A stretch of 64,000 bases of DNA from a virus (lineage: Duplodnaviria; Caudoviricetes), in IMG/VR virus record IMGVR_UViG_2513237213_000006, positions 8,894 to 72,893 of that record. The stretch is one strand, 5' to 3'. The notes under the pieces were generated by a model. It saw only the letters and a program-made list of their open reading frames with translations, ran no database searches and was not told where the DNA came from. This document shows positions 31,501 through 41,000 of this stretch, one piece after another. The first letter of the stretch is position 1; each line of letters starts with the position of its first letter. The position numbers were made by a program, and so were the translations under genes.

Positions 31501-33707
31501 CAAGAGCAACAGGCACTTGGGGAATTTCCATCAGTGGCAAGGCAGCTACGGCTGGCACGGCCGATGTGGCGAACAGTGTCTCTTGGGCTAATGTGTCAGG
31601 TAAGCCATCCTCTATGGCCGCAAATGGAGGCACATCGTCTTATACCAACAACATCAATATAACCCGAGGAAACGAAATTGTTCTGAATAAAAACGGTCAG
31701 AATGACGGAGGAGACTACTGGTTTGGCTATAGAAACGATGGAGCAACAAAAGCAACAACAAGTTATATATTTGGCGACGGACTTGCAAAAGGCGGTTTAG
31801 CTAACCTCAAAGCAAAAACCTTTATTGGTAGTCTGCAGGGCAACGCGACCAGCGCCTCTAGTGTCGCATGGGGGAACGTAACGGGTAAGCCGTCCTCTTT
31901 CACGCCAGCTTCTCACAACCATGACGGCAGTTATCCCTCGAAAACAGGCTCGGGCGCATCGGGGACATGGGGTATCAATGTAACCGGTTCGGCTGGCTCT
32001 GTGGCTTGGGGTAACGTGAGCGGTAGACCGAGCAGCCTTCCTGCGAACGGCGGTACATCCGATGTGGCAAACAAAATCGCTGGCACTTACTCTGGTAGCG
32101 GTGGCTGTCAAGGGCCGGGGTATTATGGCCGGTATCGTGCAGGATTTCTTATGTCCAACCAGTCAATTAATGGTGATAGCAGCTATAAGAACTGGCTCTA
32201 TATGGACAACTACGGCAGTGATGATGCTGGTGGTACGTCTGCAATCGGCGTTTCTCGGGCAGCAGCAAGAGCCTTTATTATGTCTTCCGATAAGAACCGC
32301 ACGTCATGGAACTGGTCAGCAGAACTTCTGAGCACGGCAAACTATAATAGCTACGCTCCTACGAAAACAGGCTCGGGCGCATCGGGGACTTGGGGTATCA
32401 GTATCAGTGGCAAAGCCGCTACGGCTGGCACTGCTGATAAAGCTAATGCTGTCGCATGGGGAGCTGTGTCTGACAAACCAGCGACTGCCACAAGGTGGCC
32501 GAGCTGGGGAGAAGTAACAGGAAAGCCTTCTACTTATACCCCCTCTAGCCATACCCACGCATGGAGTCAAGTAACAGGCGCTCCTGCAACTGCCACAAGA
32601 TGGCCTAGCTGGTCGGAGGTAACAGGAAAGCCATCTGTAATGACTACAGGTGGTGGCACTTTTACAGGAAATATTGTAGTTCCCACGGCAAGCTCCTCTT
32701 GGAGGGACGGACGCACAAAAGCAGCTATTCGCACGACAAGCATAAATGGTTATACGCCTGTTCTTTCTGCGAAAACAACCAATGGCTCTTGGGACTACGG
32801 TGTGTACGATGGGAATATTGCTCATTTCACATATTTCACTGACGATAACTATAACAAAAATAACAACACACAAACGGTCGATGTTCAACTGAAGCCAAAC
32901 GGTGAGGTGCAAGCTCCTGCTTTTAGAGGTCGTTTGTATGGCACAGCGGATGCCGCTAACAGCGTCGCTTGGGCTAACGTATCGGGAAAACCCAGCACCT
33001 TTACTCCAGCTAGCCACACCCACGCATGGTCGCAAGTCACAGGCGCTCCTGCTACTGCTACGCGGTGGCCTTCATGGGGCGAGGTGACCGGAAAACCTAG
33101 CTCGTTTACACCAGCGTCACATAATCAGGCATGGAGTACGATTACAGATAAACCAGCACAGGCTACAAGATGGCCGAGTTGGAGTGAAGTTACCGGCAAG
33201 CCTACGTCTCTCCCCGCTAATGGTGGCAACGCTGACAGTGTAGGCGGTGTAACACTTAATGACCTTTATCGCACACTTTCAGGAAGAAAAAGACCCCAGA
33301 TGACTGATATCTTAAAAACAATAGTGAAGTCTAGCTTCAGCGGCACAAATGTAACACCAGGAACGCAAACAGATGCGAAGCATGTACAAACTGACAGCGG
33401 GAGAAATATAGTTTATTATACAAACTGGAATCACATCCAGCTGACGCAGCCTTTCACGAATTTTGATAAGATATTGATTATAACAAGTAATGGTGGTGAT
33501 TACGGTCAGCATGTATTGTGGGAAAGCTGGGAATTGGCACACGCAATCAGCTGGCATTATCGATTTGCGTTATTGAAAGACACGAACATATATTGGTGGT
33601 GCTGGGGGGCACAAGGAACAAACCACCCACATAGTGATACTACTAACTTCTATTGTCAAAACAGCAATATCAATATTTCGGGAATATTCGGCATAAACTA
33701 TGCATAA
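28503..33707 (+). CDS. Long tail fibre (Stf-like Ala/Ser repeats and repeated 'AWGNVSGKP' modules)
   Basis: ORF track 28623-33707; frame open back to 28497 with an AAGGAG SD at 28488, so the start may be ATT 28503. Confidence 0.85.
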   Translation: MYNQGFQFLEQRDSDDTIQREGVVSKKSPFSTSDNKGIYDVIAENLRWLKDTLDSVSNSDELSAIRDDIQNMYNDMRTNEKFGSIEATEQAKIATEQASVATEKAVEAAQALSDMKAETSSVADNMRVIKNNIADIKKYLEEIAALQKDVADNAQVATNHAGVAKTKAAEAAVSETNAKNSADNASLSEANAKTSENKALASEKAAKTSETNAKASETASKASETNAKNSETASKASETASSSSASAAKTSETNAKASETASKASETAAKASEANAKASEQAASASESKSKTSEANARNAEAGAKTSETNAKNSETASKASEKAAKTSEENAQKWSEGTPDSTIDSDGNVINHYSSKHHAEQSTLSASEAKASATNAKTAEANAKSHEQKSLEYRDSAGMQAKNAKDSAKNAKDSETNAKEYESKSKEHRDDAMNWAEGSIPDSVDENGNPVKHCSAKHYAESANDCSDKAKASETQAKASETKAAASESSAKKSETNSKTSETNAKNSEAKARSWAESSDVVETETVSGETINHYSSKHYALEAEKSYNSASASETAAQSSMNKSKEYMEKAAKSETNAKASENLVKGYSDSATASANTASEQASAAKTSETNAANSASLAKKWAMSDTSPDGGFDAVGTGGKTQSAKTWATQAKEQAVSATNKAAEASEYTKTVKDVLKQAQSIQATIASSKSAMESLAEQTKNALSESKSIRDSLSDVVKYKGSVENYSDLPKENNKIGDMYNVKNADKANGCNAGDNVVWNGTGWDNLGGFIDVDDILNGGKNAKLGEVIATSFTGKLIGNADTATTADSAKSVAWANVSGKPTSMPANGGTADRALKADVCTGNAASASSVAWANVSGKPTSFTPASHNHDSSYPSTTGTRASGTWEISITGKAATAGTADTATALKMNEGTNDKYRPVWFEDGVTKYRTNYNDKFQYNPATDSLKVGSITGKAATAGTADSAKAVAWGNVSGKPSTYPATAHNHDSSYPSTTGTRATGTWGISISGKAATAGTADVANSVSWANVSGKPSSMAANGGTSSYTNNINITRGNEIVLNKNGQNDGGDYWFGYRNDGATKATTSYIFGDGLAKGGLANLKAKTFIGSLQGNATSASSVAWGNVTGKPSSFTPASHNHDGSYPSKTGSGASGTWGINVTGSAGSVAWGNVSGRPSSLPANGGTSDVANKIAGTYSGSGGCQGPGYYGRYRAGFLMSNQSINGDSSYKNWLYMDNYGSDDAGGTSAIGVSRAAARAFIMSSDKNRTSWNWSAELLSTANYNSYAPTKTGSGASGTWGISISGKAATAGTADKANAVAWGAVSDKPATATRWPSWGEVTGKPSTYTPSSHTHAWSQVTGAPATATRWPSWSEVTGKPSVMTTGGGTFTGNIVVPTASSSWRDGRTKAAIRTTSINGYTPVLSAKTTNGSWDYGVYDGNIAHFTYFTDDNYNKNNNTQTVDVQLKPNGEVQAPAFRGRLYGTADAANSVAWANVSGKPSTFTPASHTHAWSQVTGAPATATRWPSWGEVTGKPSSFTPASHNQAWSTITDKPAQATRWPSWSEVTGKPTSLPANGGNADSVGGVTLNDLYRTLSGRKRPQMTDILKTIVKSSFSGTNVTPGTQTDAKHVQTDSGRNIVYYTNWNHIQLTQPFTNFDKILIITSNGGDYGQHVLWESWELAHAISWHYRFALLKDTNIYWWCWGAQGTNHPHSDTTNFYCQNSNINISGIFGINYA

Positions 33708-33756
33708 ATCAATTCGTATGCAGACTAAATCTATGTGAAGAAAAGGTGGTGGTATT

Positions 33757-34011
33757 TTGAATGGCGAAACCTTAGAATTTGCTCTTGCCAAAATTGACAA
33801 GCAGTTGACCAGCATATCGGAGGAATTAAAAGACCTTAAAAATAATTTGCCAAACCTGTATATATCAAAAGAGGTATACCGCAGTGAGTTGTCCGATTTG
33901 GAGCGGCGTGTGGCTGTCCTAGAAGCCAATTCGTCGAAAGTGACCTGGGCAGTCCTCGGCGCAGCAGGTAGCGTTTTGTTCACAGTCGTAAAAGCGTTTT
34001 TAGGTATATGA
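33757..34011 (+). CDS. Holin-like protein (XhlA-like coiled coil plus C-terminal TM)
   Basis: 84 aa; coiled N-terminus, hydrophobic C-terminus; after the fibre gene. Confidence 0.6.
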   Translation: MNGETLEFALAKIDKQLTSISEELKDLKNNLPNLYISKEVYRSELSDLERRVAVLEANSSKVTWAVLGAAGSVLFTVVKAFLGI

Positions 34012-34123
34012 GCAGGAGAAATCACGACGATATAGAATTATATCAATACGGGTAATTCTGCCCGAATATTTCTAAATAAATTATCTCGCATTAGGCTGGT
34101 TTGAGAGCATCCCCCATGGACTC

Positions 34124-34393
34124 TTGGACTGGCCTTTTTGCGTTGGGGGTGAAAATTTGAGAGAAGTAATAGAAGGTCTGAAAGGGTTATGGCAGAGGCT
34201 TAAAAAGGAGCCGCTTATCGTAAGAATCAAAGTGCTAGTCTGTTTTATCCCTGCTCTGATTCTTTTTGCAATCACCTGCATGGGCGAGTTTGCTGAAAGT
34301 GCTGGCATGAAAATGGTTGGCTGGGCATGGCGTGACCCTCGGTTCGGTAAAAACCTTGCGGGGGAGAAACCGTATTGTCCGAAGGAGGTATGA
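34124..34393 (+). CDS. Small membrane protein (probable TTG start 34157)
   Basis: One TM segment; in the lysis region. Confidence 0.45.
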   Translation: MDWPFCVGGENLREVIEGLKGLWQRLKKEPLIVRIKVLVCFIPALILFAITCMGEFAESAGMKMVGWAWRDPRFGKNLAGEKPYCPKEV

Positions 34394-34394
34394 G

Positions 34395-34613
34395 TTGAAA
34401 GTATTAGAGAAAATTGTAGATTGGTCTTTGGACAAGGTTTTAGGGGTTGGCTTAGTGCTGACCCTTTTAATTTCCCTGTTTTTAGGCTATGACACAACGA
34501 TACAAACAAACATCATAAGCGGTTTGATTGGCTATATGTCAAAAACTGTAGTACAAGAAAGGAAAGTTGAAAATGAAAAAAGTAAAAAATCTCATCGAGA
34601 AAGTAGCAGGTAA
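34395..34613 (+). CDS. Holin-like two-TM protein
   Basis: AGGAGG SD and TTG; 'VLGVGLVLTLLISLFLG...IISGLIGYM'; charged C-terminus. Confidence 0.6.
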   Translation: MKVLEKIVDWSLDKVLGVGLVLTLLISLFLGYDTTIQTNIISGLIGYMSKTVVQERKVENEKSKKSHRESSR

Positions 34614-34854
34614 AGCCGAAAGCGGCTGTAAGAAAGTCGCTAAGTTTGGCTATGGACTTGTAGGTGCGATCGTGGGTGCTATCGTACTAACGGCAGTGGT
34701 TATGCTTATCCTAGCTGGTGCGCTGGCTGTTGCTTGCGGTCTACTGACAATCGTTGCGTGTGCGGCAGTATTTTTGGCTCATATCCTCGGTTTATCCACT
34801 GGCTGGGCTATCGCGTTTTTCTTAGCTATGATTTGGCTCTTTTGGCGTAAATAA
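34567..34854 (+). CDS. Hydrophobic membrane protein
   Basis: Long hydrophobic stretch; tight gene packing. Confidence 0.6.
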   Translation: MKMKKVKNLIEKVAGKAESGCKKVAKFGYGLVGAIVGAIVLTAVVMLILAGALAVACGLLTIVACAAVFLAHILGLSTGWAIAFFLAMIWLFWRK

Positions 34855-35048
34855 TGGAGCTGTATATCAAAGACGTAGCCGGGAAAGAGGTAACTGTGGG
34901 GACGAGAGTTGCTTTTATCGTTCCTCAGTTCCGTTTCCTGAAAGTAGGTATTGTTGATGCAGTAACCCCGCGGGGGGTAAAGATTCTCTACGATGGGCAC
35001 TGGGTAACACATCGGAAAAGGAATCAGATTTCAAGGATTGAGGTGTAA
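34854..35048 (+). CDS. Hypothetical SH3-like small protein
   Basis: ORF abuts its neighbours. Confidence 0.55.
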   Translation: MELYIKDVAGKEVTVGTRVAFIVPQFRFLKVGIVDAVTPRGVKILYDGHWVTHRKRNQISRIEV

Positions 35049-35050
35049 AA

Positions 35051-35248
35051 ATGCAAGGTATTGTGGAATGTCCTGATTGTCATGTACGGCATGTTCGCCT
35101 GATTAAAAAGGACATCAGTAAAAGCGTGATTGATATTCACTGCGGTGGATGCGATAAAGTTCTCGGCAGTATCCATGACTACATGGTGGATGAGCCGTCT
35201 GTAAAGCAGGTTGCGACTTTGGACGAACTGGAGGCAGATAATGCGTAA
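35051..35248 (+). CDS. Zn-ribbon small protein
   Basis: CPDC and CGGC motifs; GAGG SD. Confidence 0.6.
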   Translation: MQGIVECPDCHVRHVRLIKKDISKSVIDIHCGGCDKVLGSIHDYMVDEPSVKQVATLDELEADNA

Positions 35249-35834
35249 GGTCACATTGGACGAATTAAGACAGATTGCCGAAGAACAGCGTGAGGCTGTT
35301 TGGGCAGAGGCGCGTTCCGTAGGGCGTGAACCGAAGGTGTATCTTCATTGGACGGCAGGTCACTACTTCCAAAAATTTGATGATTACCATATCAACATCA
35401 CTGCCAACGGCGACATATGGCTGGCTACGGATGACTTGTCCGAAGTGTTAGCGCATACATGGCGCAGAAACACTGGCTCTATCGGCGTAACGCTCTGTTG
35501 TTGTGCAGGTGCTACGAGTGCCGACTTGGGCGATGAACCTCCGACTCCCCAGCAAATCGAGTGCATGGCTCAGGTTATTGCTACACTCTGTAATGCTCTG
35601 TGGCTGACTATCGACCGCGAAAGAGTTCTGACTCATGGCGAGGCCGCAGATAACGCAGACGGATGCTGGTGTCACGAGGAATATGGCTGCTTGTCTACTG
35701 TCGAGCGTTGGGATTTGCAGTATCTCGGAACAGAGGAAAGCCCTGTTTATCTCAAAACCTATGACGATGAGCGCACCGGGGGTAACATCCTGCGCGGAAA
35801 AGCGAACTGGTACGCCTCCGAATGGGCTGACTAA
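35241..35834 (+). CDS. Endolysin, N-acetylmuramoyl-L-alanine amidase (Amidase_2-like)
   Basis: 'YLHWTAG', 'DYHINI', 'HTWRRN', 'LTHGE' motifs. Confidence 0.9.
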   Translation: MRKVTLDELRQIAEEQREAVWAEARSVGREPKVYLHWTAGHYFQKFDDYHINITANGDIWLATDDLSEVLAHTWRRNTGSIGVTLCCCAGATSADLGDEPPTPQQIECMAQVIATLCNALWLTIDRERVLTHGEAADNADGCWCHEEYGCLSTVERWDLQYLGTEESPVYLKTYDDERTGGNILRGKANWYASEWAD

Positions 35835-35853
35835 AAGAAAGGAAGATTGACGA

Positions 35854-36426
35854 ATGAATAAAATCAAACAGCTTGTAAACTGGATCACCTTGAATAGCAA
35901 ATATGCCCTGATGTTGCTGGTAGCTGGCGTGGCGTTCTACGCTGGCTTTTTTGTTTGTCAGCACTACAACAAGAACGTGGTGGAGGTGCCAGTGGAGATT
36001 GAAAAGACCATTGAAAAAACTGTCCCCATTGAGGTTCCAGTGGAGGTCAAAGGAGATACTGTTATCCGATATGTGGAGAAACAGACTCCATCGGACGCTG
36101 ATGTAGAGATTACGAATCCTGCCCCTGTGGTATCGGTGGCCTATAACGGTGAAAAGACCGAACTTGCTGGCAACGTATCGGAAAAGCAGAAATTTGAAAA
36201 CGGCAAGCTGCAGGTCGAACAAAAGACCGAAACTGTTTTAGATGTGACACCTATCGTAGAGCGTGAGGTCAACACTGCAGTAAACAAAGCAGTACAGGAA
36301 AACACCGACAAACTGAATACCGAACATCAAGCAGAATTGAAACAGGAAAAGCACAAACGGCATAAACGAGAGATTGAAACATACCTCGCCGGATTGGGGA
36401 CGGCTGGCCTGTTGTTGTTGTTCTGA
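35854..36426 (+). CDS. Spanin-like protein (N-terminal TM, coiled region, hydrophobic C-terminus)
   Basis: Directly after the endolysin; topology read from sequence. Confidence 0.5.
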   Translation: MNKIKQLVNWITLNSKYALMLLVAGVAFYAGFFVCQHYNKNVVEVPVEIEKTIEKTVPIEVPVEVKGDTVIRYVEKQTPSDADVEITNPAPVVSVAYNGEKTELAGNVSEKQKFENGKLQVEQKTETVLDVTPIVEREVNTAVNKAVQENTDKLNTEHQAELKQEKHKRHKREIETYLAGLGTAGLLLLF

Positions 36427-36596
36427 TGAGTAAGAAAGACATTTGGGTGCGGGCGCAGCCTTCGGCTGTGTCTGTGCCTATTTTGTTGAACGATACTCCA
36501 GCAGAGGGTGATCCGCCGTGTTCGGAATGTCCCGATGCGGAAATGTGCGAGAGATACCTTGAACAGTTCGGTTGTGGCTTGTGTGGTGGTAACTGA
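36426..36596 (+). CDS. Small Cys-rich protein (56 aa, MSKKDIW...CSECPDAEMC...CGLCGGN)
   Basis: Read by hand; TGATG overlaps at both ends. Confidence 0.55.
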   Translation: MSKKDIWVRAQPSAVSVPILLNDTPAEGDPPCSECPDAEMCERYLEQFGCGLCGGN

Positions 36597-36793
36597 TGTT
36601 TAAGTGCTCTCTAAAAAAACTCTGCCGTAAATGTCGCGAGGTTGCCTGTGACAAGTGGTGTTTGTGCTTGGCCTGTGTCTATTGGATTGACGGAAAATGT
36701 ACAGGCGAACCATTCAAACGCTGGAAAGGTTGGAAATCCTGCAGACAAGGCAGACGTTGGCGAGATATGTATGAAATGTTGCACGACTTATAA
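36596..36793 (+). CDS. Small Cys-rich protein
   Basis: Coupled to the previous ORF. Confidence 0.5.
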   Translation: MFKCSLKKLCRKCREVACDKWCLCLACVYWIDGKCTGEPFKRWKGWKSCRQGRRWRDMYEMLHDL

Positions 36794-36816
36794 TCAGATT
36801 TTATAACAGGAGTTGA

Positions 36817-36999
36817 TTGAAAATGCGTAAAGACGGCGTAATTTGGTACGACAACGAGCGACGTAAATTCCGCGTTGCTATTGGTATCGGACAGAAACAC
36901 CATATCGGACGATATAACACCATGAAAGAGGCCAAGGCTGCGCTCCATGCGGCTATCCGTGGTTATCGGTACGGCTGGAATATGGGTGTAGTTTGCTGA
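36817..36999 (+). CDS. AP2-like DNA-binding domain protein
   Basis: 'GVIWY...KFRVAIG...HIGRYNTMKEAKAA' AP2 pattern. Confidence 0.6.
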   Translation: MKMRKDGVIWYDNERRKFRVAIGIGQKHHIGRYNTMKEAKAALHAAIRGYRYGWNMGVVC

Positions 37000-37679
37000 T
37001 AAACAAGATTGTGAAGGGCGATTGCGTAAAGGGCATGAGGGAAACCATCAAAGATGCGTCTATTGACCTTATCGTGACCGATCCTCCGTATCTTGTTAGC
37101 TATAAAACGAACTACCGCAAGAACAAAGAGCATAAATTTTGCAGTGAAATAAAAAACGACAACAACCCCGATTTGATAAACGATTATATCAAGGAGTGTT
37201 ATCGTATCTTAAAGCCTAATTCGGCTATGTATATGTTCTGTTCCTGTGTCCACATCGACAAATTCATGCAGATGGCTCGGGATGCAGGTTTCAATATCAA
37301 AAATAATATCGTATGGGTAAAAAACAACTGGACGGCGGGGGATTTACAGGCAGCTTTCGGCAGACAACACGAGTATATCCTGCTCCTGAACAAAGGCCGT
37401 AAAAAATTCCACGGCAAACGCCTGACCGATGTATGGTACTTTGACAGGGTAGCTGGCTCTGAACAAGTCCACCAAAACCAAAAGCCCATAGAACTGATAA
37501 AACGGTGCATTGAGTATCACAGTGAACCAGGGCAGGTTATCTTTGACGGCTTCATGGGTTCAGGGACTACTGCAGTAGCGGCTCTTGAAACACACCGCAA
37601 TTTCGTGGGCTTTGAGCTGGATGACGAATACCACAAGGTGGCCACTGCTCGTATTGATGAATGTAAGAAAATGAGTTAG
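36993..37679 (+). CDS. DNA methyltransferase (N4/N6, beta class)
   Basis: 'VTDPPY', 'HQNQKP', 'FDGFMGSGTT'. Confidence 0.92.
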   Translation: MLINKIVKGDCVKGMRETIKDASIDLIVTDPPYLVSYKTNYRKNKEHKFCSEIKNDNNPDLINDYIKECYRILKPNSAMYMFCSCVHIDKFMQMARDAGFNIKNNIVWVKNNWTAGDLQAAFGRQHEYILLLNKGRKKFHGKRLTDVWYFDRVAGSEQVHQNQKPIELIKRCIEYHSEPGQVIFDGFMGSGTTAVAALETHRNFVGFELDDEYHKVATARIDECKKMS

Positions 37680-37733
37680 AATATATATCGTGGTTGGTGT
37701 CGTTAGTGCTTTCCCTTCGGGGAGGTGAGGCGC

Positions 37734-37814
37734 ATGACGCTATATGAGATGTTATCCCTATTACTGGGTACTCTGACGCTGATTGTGGCAATCCTTGGAC
37801 TGCTGAAAAAATAA
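37734..37814 (+). CDS. Type I toxin, holin-like peptide (26 aa, MTLYEMLSLLLGTLTLIVAILGLLKK)
   Basis: Read by hand; one TM and a KK tail; GGAGGTG SD held in a hairpin. Confidence 0.8.
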   Translation: MTLYEMLSLLLGTLTLIVAILGLLKK

Positions 37815-37917
37815 ACGCATGAAAAAAGCCGCCTAGCCTTCTGCTCGACAGCCCTTTTCTAACACTAATTTCGTTTTGGGAAGGTGCCAGCGGGTCGAAA
37901 CGCCAGCCACTTCTTTT
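37815..37917 (-). ncRNA. Candidate antitoxin RNA convergent with the toxin
   Basis: Minus-strand TTGAAA-N17-TATAAT at 37952-37924; ends in GGCGGCTTTTTT. Confidence 0.65.
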
Positions 37918-37963
37918 GTCAATATTATAACTCTTTCGTATAGATTTTTCAAGGTAAACCATC

Positions 37964-37993
37964 AGACCGCTCCGCAAGGGGTGGTCTTTTTTT
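37964..37993 (+). terminator. Terminator of the toxin transcript
   Basis: AGACCGCTCC-GCAA-GGGGTGGTCT and T-run. Confidence 0.7.
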
Positions 37994-38007
37994 GTATGCA
38001 GGAAAGG

Positions 38008-41000
38008 ATGATTATTTTGTTTATCGGCTTACACAGACACAGCCATTATAGCAAGCGTGATGCCATCGCCAAGATTCCCGATATGGTAGAGCGCATCGGC
38101 GAATTAGGCCAATCAGCATGGGCACTCACAGACCACGGCACAACCTCGGGACTGATGGAGGCTTATAAAGTCACACAGAAATACAACAAACAGCACAACA
38201 CCAATATCAAGTTTATTTTCGGGTGTGAAATGTACTGGACACCAAACGTGTTCATCAAAGACCGCAAAGCCACCTGCCACCTGCTGGTACTGGCAAGAAA
38301 CGAGGTCGGCTACAAAAACCTGCTGCGGCTTACGACTATCGGTTACGGTGACAAAGGAAAGAGACCGGATCAATATTTTTACAATATGCGGGTAACGACC
38401 GAGGACATGGTGGAATGTAAAGATGGCCTTATTTTCACTTCAGCGTGCATGGGAGGCGTCCTAAATCCAAAGGTATATGATGGTATAGACTGGGATAAAA
38501 ACCTCGCCTACGAGCGTGCCACGAAGTTTAAGGGGCTATTCGGAGATAGTTTTTACCTTGAAATTCAATGCTCCGATACGCCAACCCAGCGGGAATACAA
38601 CAGGAACATCATTCAGATGGGCAAAGACCTCGACATTCCTGTAATCGTGACAGAGGACAGTCATTATGTAAACCAGCACGAGGCTGACATCCACCGCAAA
38701 TGGCTGGGAGTAGAAATCGAACCCGACAACCCTGACGCATACTATCAGACCGATGATTATTTTATTCACTCCGAAGAACAGGTAAGAGAGGCTATTGGTT
38801 ATCTTCCGGCTGATACTGTCGATATGCTGATAGACAACACGCTCAAACTGGCTGACTCCATCGAAACTGTCCACCTGAAATTCGGCGGCAAGAACTTCCC
38901 CGAACTGGATTTAGGCGGTAAGACTCCGCTGGAGGCCGTAAAGGAAAAGTGCAGGGCTGGCTGGAAAAAGAAAATGCAGAGCGTTCCCCGGTCGGAATGG
39001 CCTGTATATGTCGAACAGTTAGAGCATGAGTTCAAGGTACTGGAGAAGTGCGATTACTTGACATACTTTCTGATGACTGAGGACTTTATCAGCTGGGCGC
39101 GGTCGCAAAACATTCGTATGGGTATTGGGCGCGGTTCTGTTGGTGGCTGTCTAGTGGCGTATCTTATGGATATTACACGGATTGACCCCATCAAATATGG
39201 CCTGATTTTCGAGCGTTTCGCACATGACAAGAGAGTGTCCCTCCCTGATGTCGATATTGATATGCCAAACTCACGGCGGCAGGACTGTATTCAGTATCTT
39301 GTCGATAAGTATAAAGAGGTGTTCCACGTTCGCACCTTCGGTAAAATGGCCGAGAAAGCGTCTATCCAACGTGCAGCACGGTCGCTGAACTACACTCCCG
39401 AGGAAGTCAGGGCACTATCCAAAGCGGTTTCATCCATCGATGAGGTTTCAGATCCCGAGTTACGCCAGCTGGCAAAGTCGTATCAGGGCATTATCCAAAA
39501 CTACGGCTGTCACGCATCGGCGGTAATGCTGTTCCCCAGTGACGCTAATCAGTGGACGGCGATTGAGAAGCAGGGTGATGACTATGTATGTGCGTATGAA
39601 TACCACGACCTCGAAGCTATGGGGCTTTTAAAAGAAGATTGCCTCGGGATTAAGACGCTGGATTGCATTGATGAGTGTGTACGGCTGGTAAAAGAACACC
39701 ACGGTGTTGATGTTGATGTGGATGCGCTCCCCGACGATGACGAAAAGACCTTCAAAATGCTCCAAAAGCTGGATGTAAAAGGGTGTTTTCAGATTGAGTC
39801 CGGCGGCATGATTAAACTGATTGACCAAATGAAACCGACCTCGGTCTTTGATTTAGTCCCCCTGGTCGCACTGTACAGACCTTCGACAATCCAATCAGGT
39901 ATGCTTGATAGCTTTGTGAACCGCAGGGCAGGGACAGAGAAAACAATCTATCTCCATGACAAACTGAAAGGGTGCTTATCGGAAACCTACGGCGTTCTGT
40001 TATATCAGGAACAGGCGATGAAGATTGTTCAAGTAATGGCTGGGTATGACTTGGGCGTTGCGGATATGTTCAGACGTGCCATAGGGCGCAAGATACCGTC
40101 CGAAATGGCTGAGCTTATCCCTAAATTCGTAAAGGACGGCGAAGCCCTCGGGATAGATGCGCGAACCATGAATAAGCTGGCTGAGTGGCTGACGAACTGT
40201 GCGGCGTATCAGTTCAACAAATCCCATAGTGCTGCCTACGGCGTGACCTGTTATCAAACAGCATATCTTAAAGCCCATTATCCGGCAGAGTATCTGACGG
40301 CGTTTCTGAACGCATACAAAGGGGACAAGCAAGAAGATCTGCTCCCATACGTTCGCGATGCGAAAGAACACGGCATAAAGATTCTGCCACCTTCGGCTGA
40401 CAGTGATACCTGTGGTTGGACTTGTGGTGTAGACGCTGACGGCCAGCCTTGGATTCGTGTTGCCTTGAATTTCATATCGGGCGTAGGAGATTTGCCAGTA
40501 CCACTCGACAAAGACAGCTACCTAAAACTCCCTCGGGACAAAGTGGAGAACCTAACCAAAGCCGGAGCGTTGGATTTTGTGGGGGACAGAGCCAAACTGC
40601 TGGAGAAGCTGTATAAAGGCGGTCAGCTGGAACGATTGCAGAAACAACTCGACACTGCTGCAGAACGGCAAGAAAAGAATCGTATCCTGTATGAATCAGC
40701 AAAAGAGGGCACAAAGAAAAAAGAGGATGCCAAACGCAAAATGCTGAAATATTCCGAGCAGAAGTGGGACATCCAGCAACGTATAGACGAGGTCAATGCG
40801 CTGAACTGCAAGGACTTTGACCAGTCAAAAGCAGAAATGGAAGTGCTGGGCATGACTTTTGTCGATGTGTTCGCCGGATATGACCTGTCCAAATACTCCA
40901 CACCTGAAGTAGACGAGAACGGAAAACCAGTAGAGAGCACCCCAAATCGGAGGATTGTGCTAGGCTGTGTCAGACGCTGGAAACCGTGGAAACAGAAGAA

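Noticed and set aside
30900-33240. Shufflon or invertible tail cassette
   Set aside because: Repeats are direct and in frame; no invertase and no reverse-strand alternative C-termini
33420-33707. DGR variable region at the fibre C-terminus (rich in N/Y/W/H)
   Set aside because: No reverse transcriptase, avd or adenine-variant template repeat found in the window
37876-38007. N-terminal extension of DnaE in the ORF track
   Set aside because: Runs through the antitoxin promoter and a terminator; the SD lies at about 38001
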